This document shows, piece by piece, positions 9,997 through 19,094 of a stretch of 64,000 nucleotides of DNA (its first letter is position 1; each line of letters begins with the position of its first letter). Under the pieces are notes generated by a model. The model was given only the letters and a program-made list of their open reading frames with translations. It was not told where the DNA came from and ran no database searches. Where the stretch lies: positions 992,001 to 1,056,000 of the forward strand of contig CAVWLP010000003.1 of assembly GCA_963755915.1 (NCBI GenBank), given 5' to 3'. The DNA comes from an uncultured Phycisphaerales bacterium. GTDB taxonomy: Bacteria; Planctomycetota; Phycisphaerae; Tepidisphaerales; Tepidisphaeraceae. The position numbers and the translations under genes are program-made.

Positions 9997-11955
9997 TCAA
10001 TGCCCGCTTGCCACAGCGATATTATTTTTCCGCGGCGCATCCGCCTGATCATCCGGTTTCGTCGCCGGCTGCGTCGCCGGGGGCACTTCGGTGTCCTCGA
10101 TGATCTGGTCCCGCACAAAATCCCGAATCGCCGAATTGTCCACATCCGTCACCACTTTCCCGGTGATCTTCTCTTTCAGATCGATGGCTTCCAGAAAATG
10201 CGGGTTCAGATTGATCGCGCAGTTCAGATGCCACAGCGCGACGTTGACGTTGGGGTGCGGCTTGTTCATTTCCGCGACCGCGTTCTCATACGCGGTCTCC
10301 GCCAGCCGCTCGCGCCCGTACCACATCATTCCCTTTCGCACGCCCACGCGCATTTTGTCGGCCTGCTTCAGCAGGTCTTCGCTCGCCGCGCTGAATTCCG
10401 AATCATCCTTAATGATGTGCGGCGTCAGCAGGATGATGACCTCCTGGCGAACAGTGCTGTCGGTCTTGCTGCGGAAAAGCGCGCCGATGAGCGGGAGATC
10501 GCCGAGAATCGGCACCTGGTTGCGCGAGGTCTGACTGTTTTCGCGGAACAGCCCGCCGATCACGATCGTGTTACCGTCCTTGATCATTACGTTGCTGGTG
10601 ACCTGCGTGGTGGTCTTGTCGGGCAAATTGTTGGTCACCGATCCGGATGAGTCCTCGGGGTGAATCTCCATCCGGATGAACCCGTCATCGCCGATGAATG
10701 GGCGAAAGCTCAGGATCGTTCCCGTGTTGAGGAACTGCACCGTTTGCGTTGAAGTCGTGGATGTGACAGTCGTCGTCTGATATCCGAGCTGTTGGCCAAC
10801 CTGCACTTCCCCGGCCTGCTTGTTGAGGACGAGCACCTTCGGGTTGGCCAGCACAGTGGCATCGGTGGCGCTTTCCAAAGCCGAGATGAAGACGCCCAGA
10901 TTGTTGTGAATGATGCCGATCTGAAGCCCACCCGGCGGAACCTGCGTGTCGTAATTTCCAGTGGTCCCGCCCGCGTATCCCTGTCCAACGATGCTGGCCG
11001 GGGTCGGTGTCCCGGCAACCGTCGTCCCCGTGGAAGTTGTCACGCTGTTCAAAATCGTGCTGGCCAGGGCGCTCGTCAGCGGCGTCCCCGATTCCATTAA
11101 CTGGTCGAAATTCACTCCGCCCATCAGCGAGAAATCGATGCCCAGCGAATTATTGTCGTTAAGTGTCGCTTCGAAAATCGTCGCTTCGACGAGAATCTGC
11201 TTGGGCCGAACGTCGGCTTCCTTAAGGATTTTGGCGACCTGATCGAGGCTGTCCGGGTAATCGCGCACCACCAGGATGTCGGCGCCCGACTCGCTGTTGC
11301 CGCCGGTGGGAACGCCTCCGCTGGAGGTTCCGGTGTCGCCGCTCACATCGCCCGTGTCGATCCCGGTGGTGGCGTCTTTCGTGGAGGATGCGATGGCGTC
11401 CGCGCTCAGCGCCGGCTTGATCAGGGCCAGTGCATCAGCAGCCGGAAGGTAGTGCAGCGTAAAGGTCCGCGTCAGCGCCTGCCGCTCGGCTTTCTCCCGC
11501 TCTTCCAGCTCCTTCTTCGTATAGACAAATACCAGGTTGCCCTTTTGTTTCCACACCATTCCGTTGGTATCGAGAATGGCATCCAGAGCCTGGGAAACCG
11601 TGACGTTGTTGAGATCCATCGCCGGCACGTTCCCCTGCACCTGCCGGCTGGGAATAATGCTGAGCTGCGCCTCATCCCCGATGATCCGCAGCACGTGGAT
11701 GATGCTGTCCTCATTGCCGATCTGAAGGCTGAACGTCCCCGCCTCCCCCGAAACCAGCTTCGATGGCGAATTGCTCGCCGCCGAAGAAGAATCCGCCGCA
11801 TTCGCCGCCGGCTCCGCGTCCCCAATCAGTTTCACGCTCGTGGAAGAATCGGAAGATCTGTCCGAACCGTCACCACCCGCAAAAACCACCGGACCGTAAT
11901 AAACGGACGCGGCAGCGAAAAAAAGAAGACCGACTGATCGGGTCCACTTGCGCAT
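9997..11955 (-). CDS. Secretin GspD/PilQ
   Basis: Signal peptide; QILVEATIFE, LANPKVLVLNKQAG, IVIGGLF, VPILGDLPLIGALFRS, IILLTPHII. Confidence 0.92.
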   Translation of the reverse strand: MRKWTRSVGLLFFAAASVYYGPVVFAGGDGSDRSSDSSTSVKLIGDAEPAANAADSSSAASNSPSKLVSGEAGTFSLQIGNEDSIIHVLRIIGDEAQLSIIPSRQVQGNVPAMDLNNVTVSQALDAILDTNGMVWKQKGNLVFVYTKKELEEREKAERQALTRTFTLHYLPAADALALIKPALSADAIASSTKDATTGIDTGDVSGDTGTSSGGVPTGGNSESGADILVVRDYPDSLDQVAKILKEADVRPKQILVEATIFEATLNDNNSLGIDFSLMGGVNFDQLMESGTPLTSALASTILNSVTTSTGTTVAGTPTPASIVGQGYAGGTTGNYDTQVPPGGLQIGIIHNNLGVFISALESATDATVLANPKVLVLNKQAGEVQVGQQLGYQTTTVTSTTSTQTVQFLNTGTILSFRPFIGDDGFIRMEIHPEDSSGSVTNNLPDKTTTQVTSNVMIKDGNTIVIGGLFRENSQTSRNQVPILGDLPLIGALFRSKTDSTVRQEVIILLTPHIIKDDSEFSAASEDLLKQADKMRVGVRKGMMWYGRERLAETAYENAVAEMNKPHPNVNVALWHLNCAINLNPHFLEAIDLKEKITGKVVTDVDNSAIRDFVRDQIIEDTEVPPATQPATKPDDQADAPRKNNIAVASGH

Positions 11956-11959
11956 AGTT

Positions 11960-12592
11960 TTAATCCATCATGAGGGCCAGCTTCACGCCCTCCCGCTCCA
12001 CGATCAGCCGCCGCGGCTGAATCTTCAGGACGTGAAAGCCCGCAACGCTGCTTCCTTCTCGCACCAACTGCCCGTTCACCATCGCACCGGGCGCGGCGCC
12101 AAGCACGATCGCCTCCAGCTTCAGCGCCTCCGCGGCTATCCGCACGTTATCGACCAGGATTTGCCGCTGCTCCTGTTGATCGGCTCGCGAAGCCATCGAC
12201 TTTTTAACAAGGTCCCAATAATTCGCCCCGCCGCTCGTATCCGTCCCCACCACCGACGCGTCCCGCGGATAAAAATCGAAAGGAACCGCAAAAGGGTTCC
12301 GCCCCAGCGTCCCGATCGGCGTGCGCGCCCACTGCTGCAGCGTCTGGCCGCCCAGCACGATCCGATGCGGCATCGGCGCCGTCACCGGCGCCTGGCTGAC
12401 CGTGAAAGGATTCCCCACCACTCCCGCATGCGCTGCCGCCGGGGAATGCGCGCCTAGCAGCAACCGGGCCCATACAATGATCATCACCAGCCCCAGCAAT
12501 CCCGCGGCTGAGCTCTTCCCCGGCGAGGCGCGCAGCGTCCCCATCATCTTTTCCCACTGCGATCCTGGAGCGGCCACTATCGCCATTCTCAT
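11960..12592 (-). CDS. Single-TM pilus accessory protein (PilP/GspB-like position)
   Basis: N-terminal TM; C-terminal LKLEAIV..AMVNGQLVREG beta domain; lies between pilO and secretin. Confidence 0.6.
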   Translation of the reverse strand: MRMAIVAAPGSQWEKMMGTLRASPGKSSAAGLLGLVMIIVWARLLLGAHSPAAAHAGVVGNPFTVSQAPVTAPMPHRIVLGGQTLQQWARTPIGTLGRNPFAVPFDFYPRDASVVGTDTSGGANYWDLVKKSMASRADQQEQRQILVDNVRIAAEALKLEAIVLGAAPGAMVNGQLVREGSSVAGFHVLKIQPRRLIVEREGVKLALMMD

Positions 12593-13152
12593 CCTTCCGA
12601 GTAATAAAGATCCATCAGCACTTCCACCTTCACCTTCCCCACCGAGTCATCCCCGGTGATGGAAAGGTTCTTCACCCGGGTCAGTCGGGACAGATCGTCC
12701 ATCTGCCTCAAAAATTCGAACACGCTCATGAAATCCCCGTTGAATTTCAGGCTGATCGGCAGCTCGTAAAACTGCTCGTCCTTCTTCGGCGTCCCCGGCC
12801 AGCTCACCGACCAGTCTTTCAAGTCGTCCCGCCGCGCCAGCTCCGCCATCTCGATCTGAAACTGCCCAAGGTCTCCCGGATTGGCCGGCAGCTTCTTGAA
12901 ATCCGCCAGCGTCGCCTTCAACCGGTTGATGTCCGATTGCACCTGCGGCAACGCCAGCGCCTGCGTCTGCACCTGCGTCAGCTCGCGCTCCTTCTGGGTG
13001 ATCCGCCCCACAAGGCTCTGCACTCGCCCCGTTTCTGGACGGAAAACCAGGCAATAAAACGCCACCGTCACCATCATCAACAGGCAAACCAGCGCCTGCT
13101 GAATCCGCGTGAACCACTGAATTTGTGTCCTCAATGACGGCATATCATCCAC
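12589..13152 (-). CDS. pilO: Type IV pilus protein PilO
   Basis: TM + coiled coil + FYELPISLKFNGDF...RLTRV ferredoxin-like fold; gene order M-N-O. Confidence 0.85.
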   Translation of the reverse strand: MDDMPSLRTQIQWFTRIQQALVCLLMMVTVAFYCLVFRPETGRVQSLVGRITQKERELTQVQTQALALPQVQSDINRLKATLADFKKLPANPGDLGQFQIEMAELARRDDLKDWSVSWPGTPKKDEQFYELPISLKFNGDFMSVFEFLRQMDDLSRLTRVKNLSITGDDSVGKVKVEVLMDLYYSEG

Positions 13153-13774
13153 CCGCCTGCTGATCCGTCAGGTCGATCCCGAACGAAATCTTGAAGTCCC
13201 GCATCATGTGCCCGTTCTGGTCCACGTCCTTCGTCGAAACCGATCCCTCCACGTAATTCGGAATCGTCGCCACCCGGATCATGAAATTCCCCAGCTCCAC
13301 GTCGTTGGGCGCGACGCCGTGCAGCGTCACCAGCAGCTCCCGGCTCTCCTGGATCTTCCCCCCAGCCGACAATGGGCCTGTCAGCGGACCAGCCATCGCG
13401 TGCGTCTGCGCCTGCGATTCCACCGTCATGTCCAGCAGCGCCATCTCCTTCGGCATCATCTGCTGAAGGGCGTCCATCAGCCGGGCCATCGGCAAATTCG
13501 GGCCCACGTGCGCCATCAGCTTCACCTGGTCCGACATCTGCGCCTTCAGCGATTCCAGCTCCGCCAGCAATTGCAGATCATGGTTCGATTGCGTCAGCTC
13601 CTTCTCACGCGTGCTCAGCAGCGTCTCCTTCCCCATCACGTTCCGCGCCGAGAGGATCATCCACAGGCTCAGCCCGAGGAATACAATAATCCCCAGCCAG
13701 GCCTCCATGAACAGAATCCGCCGCTTCTGCCGAAGCGTCGAATACCACGCGGGAAGGAATTCCATTTCACGCAT
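13145..13774 (-). CDS. pilN: Type IV pilus protein PilN
   Basis: N-terminal EMEFLP (INLLP-like), TM, coiled coil, VTLHGVA; start overlaps the pilM stop. Confidence 0.8.
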   Translation of the reverse strand: MREMEFLPAWYSTLRQKRRILFMEAWLGIIVFLGLSLWMILSARNVMGKETLLSTREKELTQSNHDLQLLAELESLKAQMSDQVKLMAHVGPNLPMARLMDALQQMMPKEMALLDMTVESQAQTHAMAGPLTGPLSAGGKIQESRELLVTLHGVAPNDVELGNFMIRVATIPNYVEGSVSTKDVDQNGHMMRDFKISFGIDLTDQQAGG

Positions 13775-14999
13775 TGAGGGCCTCCTGGGCCGTGGCAATC
13801 GTGATCACCGCCGGCTCTGCCGCCTTCTGAGGTTGTGCTGGTGCCGGCGCCTGGGCCGGAGGCGGCGCAGGCATCATTGAGCGCGGGGTACCGTCCTTCG
13901 GCGCAAATCTTCCGCTTGTACGCTTGAGTCCCAGCCCCATCGCAACCGCCCAATCCCCCGACGGTTGGCGATTATCAAACCCCGGCATCGTCGCGCAATC
14001 AACGCTCAAGAGCGGCCGCGACGGTTCCACCGGAATCCCCAGCACCGAGTGCAGCATCGCCAGCAGTTGCGGATCCCCGCCCTCTCCGCCGCTCAGGCGC
14101 ACCCTTAGCGGCCGCTGGCCGCGGAACGTCACCGAGTGGTACCGCAGGCACAGCGAAATCTCCCGCGCCAGGCTCTCCACCGTGCTCCGCGTCGCATCCA
14201 GAACCGCCAGCCGAACCGTATCCGGTCGCGCACCCTCCGGCTGATCGATCAATCGCCGCCGCAGCGCCCGCGCTTCGTCCGCCCGGACTCCCAGCTTGCG
14301 TGAAACCGCGGAATTGAAATCCGCGCCCCCCATCTCGATCGCCTTGAAAAAGCTGATGTCCCGCCCCTTCCCGATCAGAACCTGCGTGCACTTTGTCCCG
14401 ACGTCCACCAGCACGTGCACTTCCTGCTCATCTTCTTTCCGCCGCACGAACCGATCGATCGTGCGGTAAAGCGCACACGGCTCAACGTCGAGCGAATCCA
14501 GTAGCAGCCCGGTGCGATGAAGCTGTTCCACGAACCGGTCCACATCCGCATTCCGAGCCGCCAGCACCACTACTTCCTGCCGCACGTCCGTCCCCTGCCG
14601 GACTTCGCCGGCGACCAGGAACTCCACGTGTGCCTCCTGCGTATCAAACGGAAACGCCCCCCGCGATTCAAAATCAATCACCGTCGCCAGTTCCCCGGGC
14701 GGCATCGGTGGCAAACGAAGGTTCTTCACGTGCACGATATGCCGCGGAAGCGCCACCACCGCGCTGCGACCGTTGAATTGCCCGCCCCGCATCAGCTCCC
14801 GAATTGCCTGCGCCGCCTGCGGCGATATCAGCTCCGCCGCGTTCCCCTGACCCGCCGAGCTCGCCCCATCCAGCATCCGCCGGGCGGATGCATGCACCGC
14901 CAGACCGTTCTCGCGCACCTCCAGCTGCAACATCTTCACGCTGTCGTGACCGATGTCCACGCCGATCGGCTGAGTTTGCGGACGGTTCAGGCGAAACAT
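13767..14999 (-). CDS. pilM: Type IV pilus protein PilM (actin-like)
   Basis: IGVDIGHDSVKMLQL, VLVDVG, LSGGEG, AVAMGLGLK. Confidence 0.9.
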   Translation of the reverse strand: MFRLNRPQTQPIGVDIGHDSVKMLQLEVRENGLAVHASARRMLDGASSAGQGNAAELISPQAAQAIRELMRGGQFNGRSAVVALPRHIVHVKNLRLPPMPPGELATVIDFESRGAFPFDTQEAHVEFLVAGEVRQGTDVRQEVVVLAARNADVDRFVEQLHRTGLLLDSLDVEPCALYRTIDRFVRRKEDEQEVHVLVDVGTKCTQVLIGKGRDISFFKAIEMGGADFNSAVSRKLGVRADEARALRRRLIDQPEGARPDTVRLAVLDATRSTVESLAREISLCLRYHSVTFRGQRPLRVRLSGGEGGDPQLLAMLHSVLGIPVEPSRPLLSVDCATMPGFDNRQPSGDWAVAMGLGLKRTSGRFAPKDGTPRSMMPAPPPAQAPAPAQPQKAAEPAVITIATAQEALNA

Positions 15000-15014
15000 A
15001 TTCCTCCCAACAAT

Positions 15015-15572
15015 TCAATCAACCGTCAGGTCTCCCGTGTCCTTGGCTACCGAAATCGTCAGCGAATAATTCCCGCTGGTCAGCGTGATCGTCCCCGCCG
15101 CGCTCAGCGGCGTCAGCGCGCCCGCGTTAAACGAGTACGGAACCCCCGTCTCGTCAAACGCGATCGTGCTCTGCCCGTTGAAGCTCGCCGACGTCAGCGT
15201 CACCGACTGCGAAACATTGTTCGGGCCCTCCGAACCAAACGTCATCACGTAATCGTTCAGGTTAACCGGATGCTGAATCACCCGCTGCGGAGACATCGAG
15301 CTGTAAAGCCCATACTCCTGGCTGGAAATGTTGAAGCTCACATACTGCGTCGTTTGCGTCGAAATCGCCCGGTTCTGGGCGTACAGCAAATCCGCCATCA
15401 CCGTCCGCGCCGCTGCCCCCGTGCTCGACTGGTCCGTCGACGCCACCTGCGGCAAAACCACCGCCGACGCAATTCCCAATATCACGACGACGGCCAGCAC
15501 CTCTGGAAAGGTGAAAGCCCGAGCGCGCACGCCTGGTCTGCTATTTTGCTGTTTTGTTCCTGATGACATCAC
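15015..15572 (-). CDS. Minor (pseudo)pilin, GspH/FimT-like
   Basis: RA|FTFPEVLAVVVILG N-methyl motif; ADLLYAQNRAI; IAFDETG. Confidence 0.82.
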   Translation of the reverse strand: MMSSGTKQQNSRPGVRARAFTFPEVLAVVVILGIASAVVLPQVASTDQSSTGAAARTVMADLLYAQNRAISTQTTQYVSFNISSQEYGLYSSMSPQRVIQHPVNLNDYVMTFGSEGPNNVSQSVTLTSASFNGQSTIAFDETGVPYSFNAGALTPLSAAGTITLTSGNYSLTISVAKDTGDLTVD

Positions 15573-15595
15573 GCAACCTCGGTTGGCGACCGGGG

Positions 15596-15859
15596 TTATT
15601 TGCCGTCATTGTCATCGGGCTTTGCAACCACCACCTGTAGCTTCCCCGATTCGAAAACACTCTCCATTTTGTCCAGTTTATCGCCTATGCCTTTCAGTGT
15701 GTCGTTAGTGGATTTGAGCTGGTTGATCATCTCATCCCGCTGCGCCCCCGCATCCGGTATCTGCCCCTGGGCACGGTTTATCGGACCCCCAAACCACTGG
15801 TTCAGAATCATCACCACTTGCAGCACCAGCACCGTCGCAAGAACTCGATTCGTCGTCAT
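15596..15859 (-). CDS. Small exported coiled-coil protein inside the pilin cluster
   Basis: GGAGA RBS; hydrophobic N-terminus; AQGQIPDAGAQR; coiled coil; SGKLQV end. Confidence 0.65.
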   Translation of the reverse strand: MTTNRVLATVLVLQVVMILNQWFGGPINRAQGQIPDAGAQRDEMINQLKSTNDTLKGIGDKLDKMESVFESGKLQVVVAKPDDNDGK

Positions 15860-15893
15860 CGGAAATCTCCAAGCTTCTGGCGAAACAGTCCGT

Positions 15894-17162
15894 TCATTCA
15901 CTCCACGAAATAATCTTCACGCACGGCGTCGTATTCGAGCTCGCAAAATTCGGAATGTTCGTATACGCCGGGTTGTAAGTCACCGACATCTTCCCGCTGT
16001 AACTCGTAATCCCCCCTCCCGTCACCATCAGCGCCCCGTTGACGGTCAGGCTCGTCGCGCTGGTCGACGAAAGCCCCGTGATCCCACTGGTCACATAAAC
16101 CACCCCCGTCGCGTTCACCGATGCCGCGGACCCGTCCAGCGTCAATTTCGATCCCACCACGATCGCCGGATAGTTCGTCGTCAGCGTCGTCGTCACCGGC
16201 GTCACGTTCACCGCCGCGTTCACGGGCATCAGCGTCCCCGGCACAACCAACGTCCCATTAATCGTCAGCGCCTTGTTCACCGTCAGCGAACCCGTCGTAT
16301 AGTAAATCCCCAGCGGATTCGACGGCGTCGGCCCATACGAAATCGCCGAATTCACCGTCGCCCCCAACTGCGTCGCATTATATTGAACCCCCTGATACAC
16401 ATACGGCGCGGCAAAATTCGCCACCGTCCCCGAATTCGGCGAGGCCGGCGTCGTCGGCGCCCCCGAAACGCTCCCATTCGTCTGCACCGTCCCCAGGCTC
16501 ACAGAGCTCGCCTCGATATTCCCGCTCACAACCCCGCTCCCCAAAACGCCCCCCGTCGAAACCATCGCCGGCGAAGTCGAATTCGCGCTCGAAAACGTTT
16601 CCGACGCCGACAGCGTCACCGCGGTATTGAACGCCGCCGCCTGGTTGATCTGATAAGTGCTCCCCGCGCAAATCTCCGCGGTGATGGTCCGCGTCACCGC
16701 CCCACCCCCCATCGATGACCCCGACGATCCGATCGCCGTCACCGGAAAACACTCAACCCCATTTGCCCCGATCGCCGGCGCTCCCATCACGATCGTTACG
16801 CTCCCCGGAATCGTCGCCGCCGGCGAAGTTGTCGCGAACGTAATGTTGGAGGTCGTACTGTTAAAGAAATTCGCCGGCGCATCGTTTTGATTGAGAATAT
16901 AAAACATCGCCAGGTGAATCCCCGATTCCGCCTGCGCCTGCGCCGTCGCCGCTGCTACGGCATTCCCCGCCGCCGTCGCCTGCACCGCACTCCCCGACAG
17001 CATCGCATAAGCCAGTATCGTCGCCAGCGCCATCACCAAAACGACGAGCACCAGCGCAATCCCCTTCCGCCTCGCATATCCCCTCTTATCCCCTCTCCCA
17101 GTACTCTGGGAGAGGGTGAGGGTGAGGGCCGGAAAAGAAGTTTCTCGATTCGCTATGTTCAT
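15894..17162 (-). CDS. Minor pilin PilX/GspK-like with Ser/Thr-rich beta C-terminal domain
   Basis: RRKG|IALVLVVLVM (no Glu5); AQAQAESGIHLA; start coupled to the upstream stop (GGAG-TGA-GA-ATG). Confidence 0.8.
   Translation of the reverse strand: MNIANRETSFPALTLTLSQSTGRGDKRGYARRKGIALVLVVLVMALATILAYAMLSGSAVQATAAGNAVAAATAQAQAESGIHLAMFYILNQNDAPANFFNSTTSNITFATTSPAATIPGSVTIVMGAPAIGANGVECFPVTAIGSSGSSMGGGAVTRTITAEICAGSTYQINQAAAFNTAVTLSASETFSSANSTSPAMVSTGGVLGSGVVSGNIEASSVSLGTVQTNGSVSGAPTTPASPNSGTVANFAAPYVYQGVQYNATQLGATVNSAISYGPTPSNPLGIYYTTGSLTVNKALTINGTLVVPGTLMPVNAAVNVTPVTTTLTTNYPAIVVGSKLTLDGSAASVNATGVVYVTSGITGLSSTSATSLTVNGALMVTGGGITSYSGKMSVTYNPAYTNIPNFASSNTTPCVKIISWSE
17080..17130. repeat. GTAC palindromic repeat within the pilX-like leader
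   Basis: Near-identical to the 2903-2954 copy. Confidence 0.85.
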
Positions 17163-17164
17163 TC

Positions 17165-17938
17165 TCACTCCGGCTGCGTCGCCGCCGTCCTCACCGTCGT
17201 CGTGTTGTACAACGTCAAATTCGTCCCATCGCTCCTGGAAAACCCAATCGCATACTCCACCACCGGCAACTGCGTGCTCGTCCCCGCATTCCAGCTCGAA
17301 TTCACGTAAACCTGAAACCCGCTCACTTCCAGACAATCATTCACATTCGCCCCCGTTCCCGGCTCCGACCCCGGCCCCCCCAGCGACTGCTTGGCCACCC
17401 ACGATTCCCCTGGAAACGCAGCCACAAACGCCGCAAAATCGCTCTGCGACGTAAGCTGTTGCATCTGCGTCGGATCGCTCGACGAGGGCGCCGAATTCTC
17501 ATACAGCCAGATCGTCTCCGTCGTCGGGTCATACTCGATCAGCCCCATCTCCCCCAGGTAAGGATCCGTAATCGGCATTCCCGGCGTCTGAAGGCCGTAA
17601 TCCTGCCAGAAAAAAATCGACCCCGCCGTCGCCGGCGACCCCGAAATAGCCCCCGGCGCGTAATAACAAATATAATTCGCGTTCTGCAAAATCCTCTGAA
17701 TCCGCAGATACGTCTGATTCGCCTGCATCTGCGTCGAGCGCGTCAGATCCTGATCATCCCACCCCGCAGAAACCGCCGTCATGATCGCCGCCGCCCCCAT
17801 CATCACCAACGCCACAATCACCAGCCCGATGATCAGCTCAACGAGTAAAAACCCTGACCTTCTTGCTCCTCTTACCCCCTCGCCCGGTACTCCGGGAGAG
17901 GGCAGGGGTGAGGGCCGAAATCTACGGTTGAATCGCAT
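17165..17938 (-). CDS. Minor pilin PilW/GspJ-like
   Basis: RRSG|FLLVELIIGLVIV; ATG overlaps the upstream TAA (TAATG). Confidence 0.8.
   Translation of the reverse strand: MRFNRRFRPSPLPSPGVPGEGVRGARRSGFLLVELIIGLVIVALVMMGAAAIMTAVSAGWDDQDLTRSTQMQANQTYLRIQRILQNANYICYYAPGAISGSPATAGSIFFWQDYGLQTPGMPITDPYLGEMGLIEYDPTTETIWLYENSAPSSSDPTQMQQLTSQSDFAAFVAAFPGESWVAKQSLGGPGSEPGTGANVNDCLEVSGFQVYVNSSWNAGTSTQLPVVEYAIGFSRSDGTNLTLYNTTTVRTAATQPE
17868..17916. repeat. GTAC palindromic repeat within the pilW-like leader
   Basis: CCCCCTCGCCCGGTACTCCGGGAGAGGGCAGGGGTGAGGGCC. Confidence 0.85.
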
Positions 17939-18422
17939 TACTGCCTCGGAATCGGATACTGCGCCACAAACTCCGGCACCGAAATCTCCTCCCCATCCGG
18001 ACCCGTCACCAAAACCGTCACAATCCCAAAATTGCTCGCCGGCGTCGTCGCATCAATCGACGGTTGCGCCCCACGATCACCGTCACCCCACGCGAAAAAT
18101 TCTGCGAACTCGTCACATCCAGCGTCCCCCCCTCCAGCAGAGGCAACGCATTGCTCGAATCCGAATACCCATTAAACGCGCTGATGTTGGTATACGTGCT
18201 TCTCGCCCCGCTGCCGTTCCCCAGCGCATCCGACGACACAAACGGCTTGGCCACCACCTCGTCCATCAACTGCCGCGCCAGCGTCACCGCCGACGACGAT
18301 GCCGCGATCGCATCCCCCTGCTGATAGGACGATGACAACGCCCCCGCCACTCCGATCACCAGGATGACCAGAATCACCGACGCAACCAGACCCTCCAGCA
18401 GGGTAAAGCCGCGCCGCCGCAT
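17938..18422 (-). CDS. Minor pilin PilV/GspI-like (frameshift near 18065)
   Basis: MRRRG|FTLLEGLVAS; AVTLARQLMDEV; the alternative frame continues ...FGIVTVLVTGPDG...IPRQ* to TAA at 17938-17940. Confidence 0.75.
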
Positions 18423-18429
18423 CAATCGC

Positions 18430-18955
18430 TTAGTATTTTGAGTAGTCTGTTCCGGAACCATTATCGCTCACCACGTTCGCCACAAATTCCTGCGTCTGCG
18501 GCTTATAAATCCACCCCGTGGTTCCGTCGGCCTTGGGCATCGCCTGATTGTTCCCCACCATCTTGATCGTGCTTAATTGATTCAGCGGATCCACCGGCGC
18601 CTTCCCAAGATAAGGCCCATACGGATACATCGCGTTCGCCGATCGGCTCAAACGCAGGCTCACATCCGAGTACTGCGTCATCTGCGCCATGAACACATCC
18701 GGATTCGGCACCGAAGTCGGATCCCCCTCCGGATACCCCGGCGGAACATCCTGGTGCTGCGCCTTGAACACCGCGATCTGCGTCCTCAAATACTGAAGCT
18801 GGTCCGTCAGCAGGTTTAACCGGTCCTGCTGGCTCGCCACCGAAAATTGCGGAATCACCACCGTCGCCAGGATCCCCAGCACCAGCAGAATGATCACAAC
18901 CTCCACCAGCGTGAATCCGCGCACCCTCCCCCGCGCGTACGATCGACGCGCGCAT
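18430..18955 (-). CDS. GspG/PilA-like pilin paralog
   Basis: RG|FTLVEVVII; LRTQIAVFKAQH; YGPYL..PVDPLN; GWIY. Start uncertain: ATG 18955 is one frame off, and the TTG 19059 start would span a terminator. Confidence 0.78.
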
Positions 18956-19014
18956 ACCCAGCGATAATTGGGTGCCTCGCGGTTCACAGAGAGTCTCCTG
19001 AATCTCCCATCGGC

Positions 19015-19044
19015 AAAAAAAAGAAGGCGGTTGACACCGCCTTC
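19015..19044 (-). terminator. Intrinsic terminator downstream of the major pilin gene
   Basis: Minus strand GAAGGCGGT-GTCA-ACCGCCTTC followed by T8. Confidence 0.85.
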
Positions 19045-19094
19045 AATAACCCTGCTCAATTGTCACAAATTACGGGACCCGATGCGGATCAATC

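Noticed and set aside
17163-17336. Extended N-terminus of ORF 15894..17336
   Set aside because: Overlaps the pilW-like gene; the ATG at 17162 has an RBS and is coupled to the upstream stop
18956-19059. TTG start for the second pilin
   Set aside because: It would translate through an intrinsic terminator; the true start is probably nearer 18955
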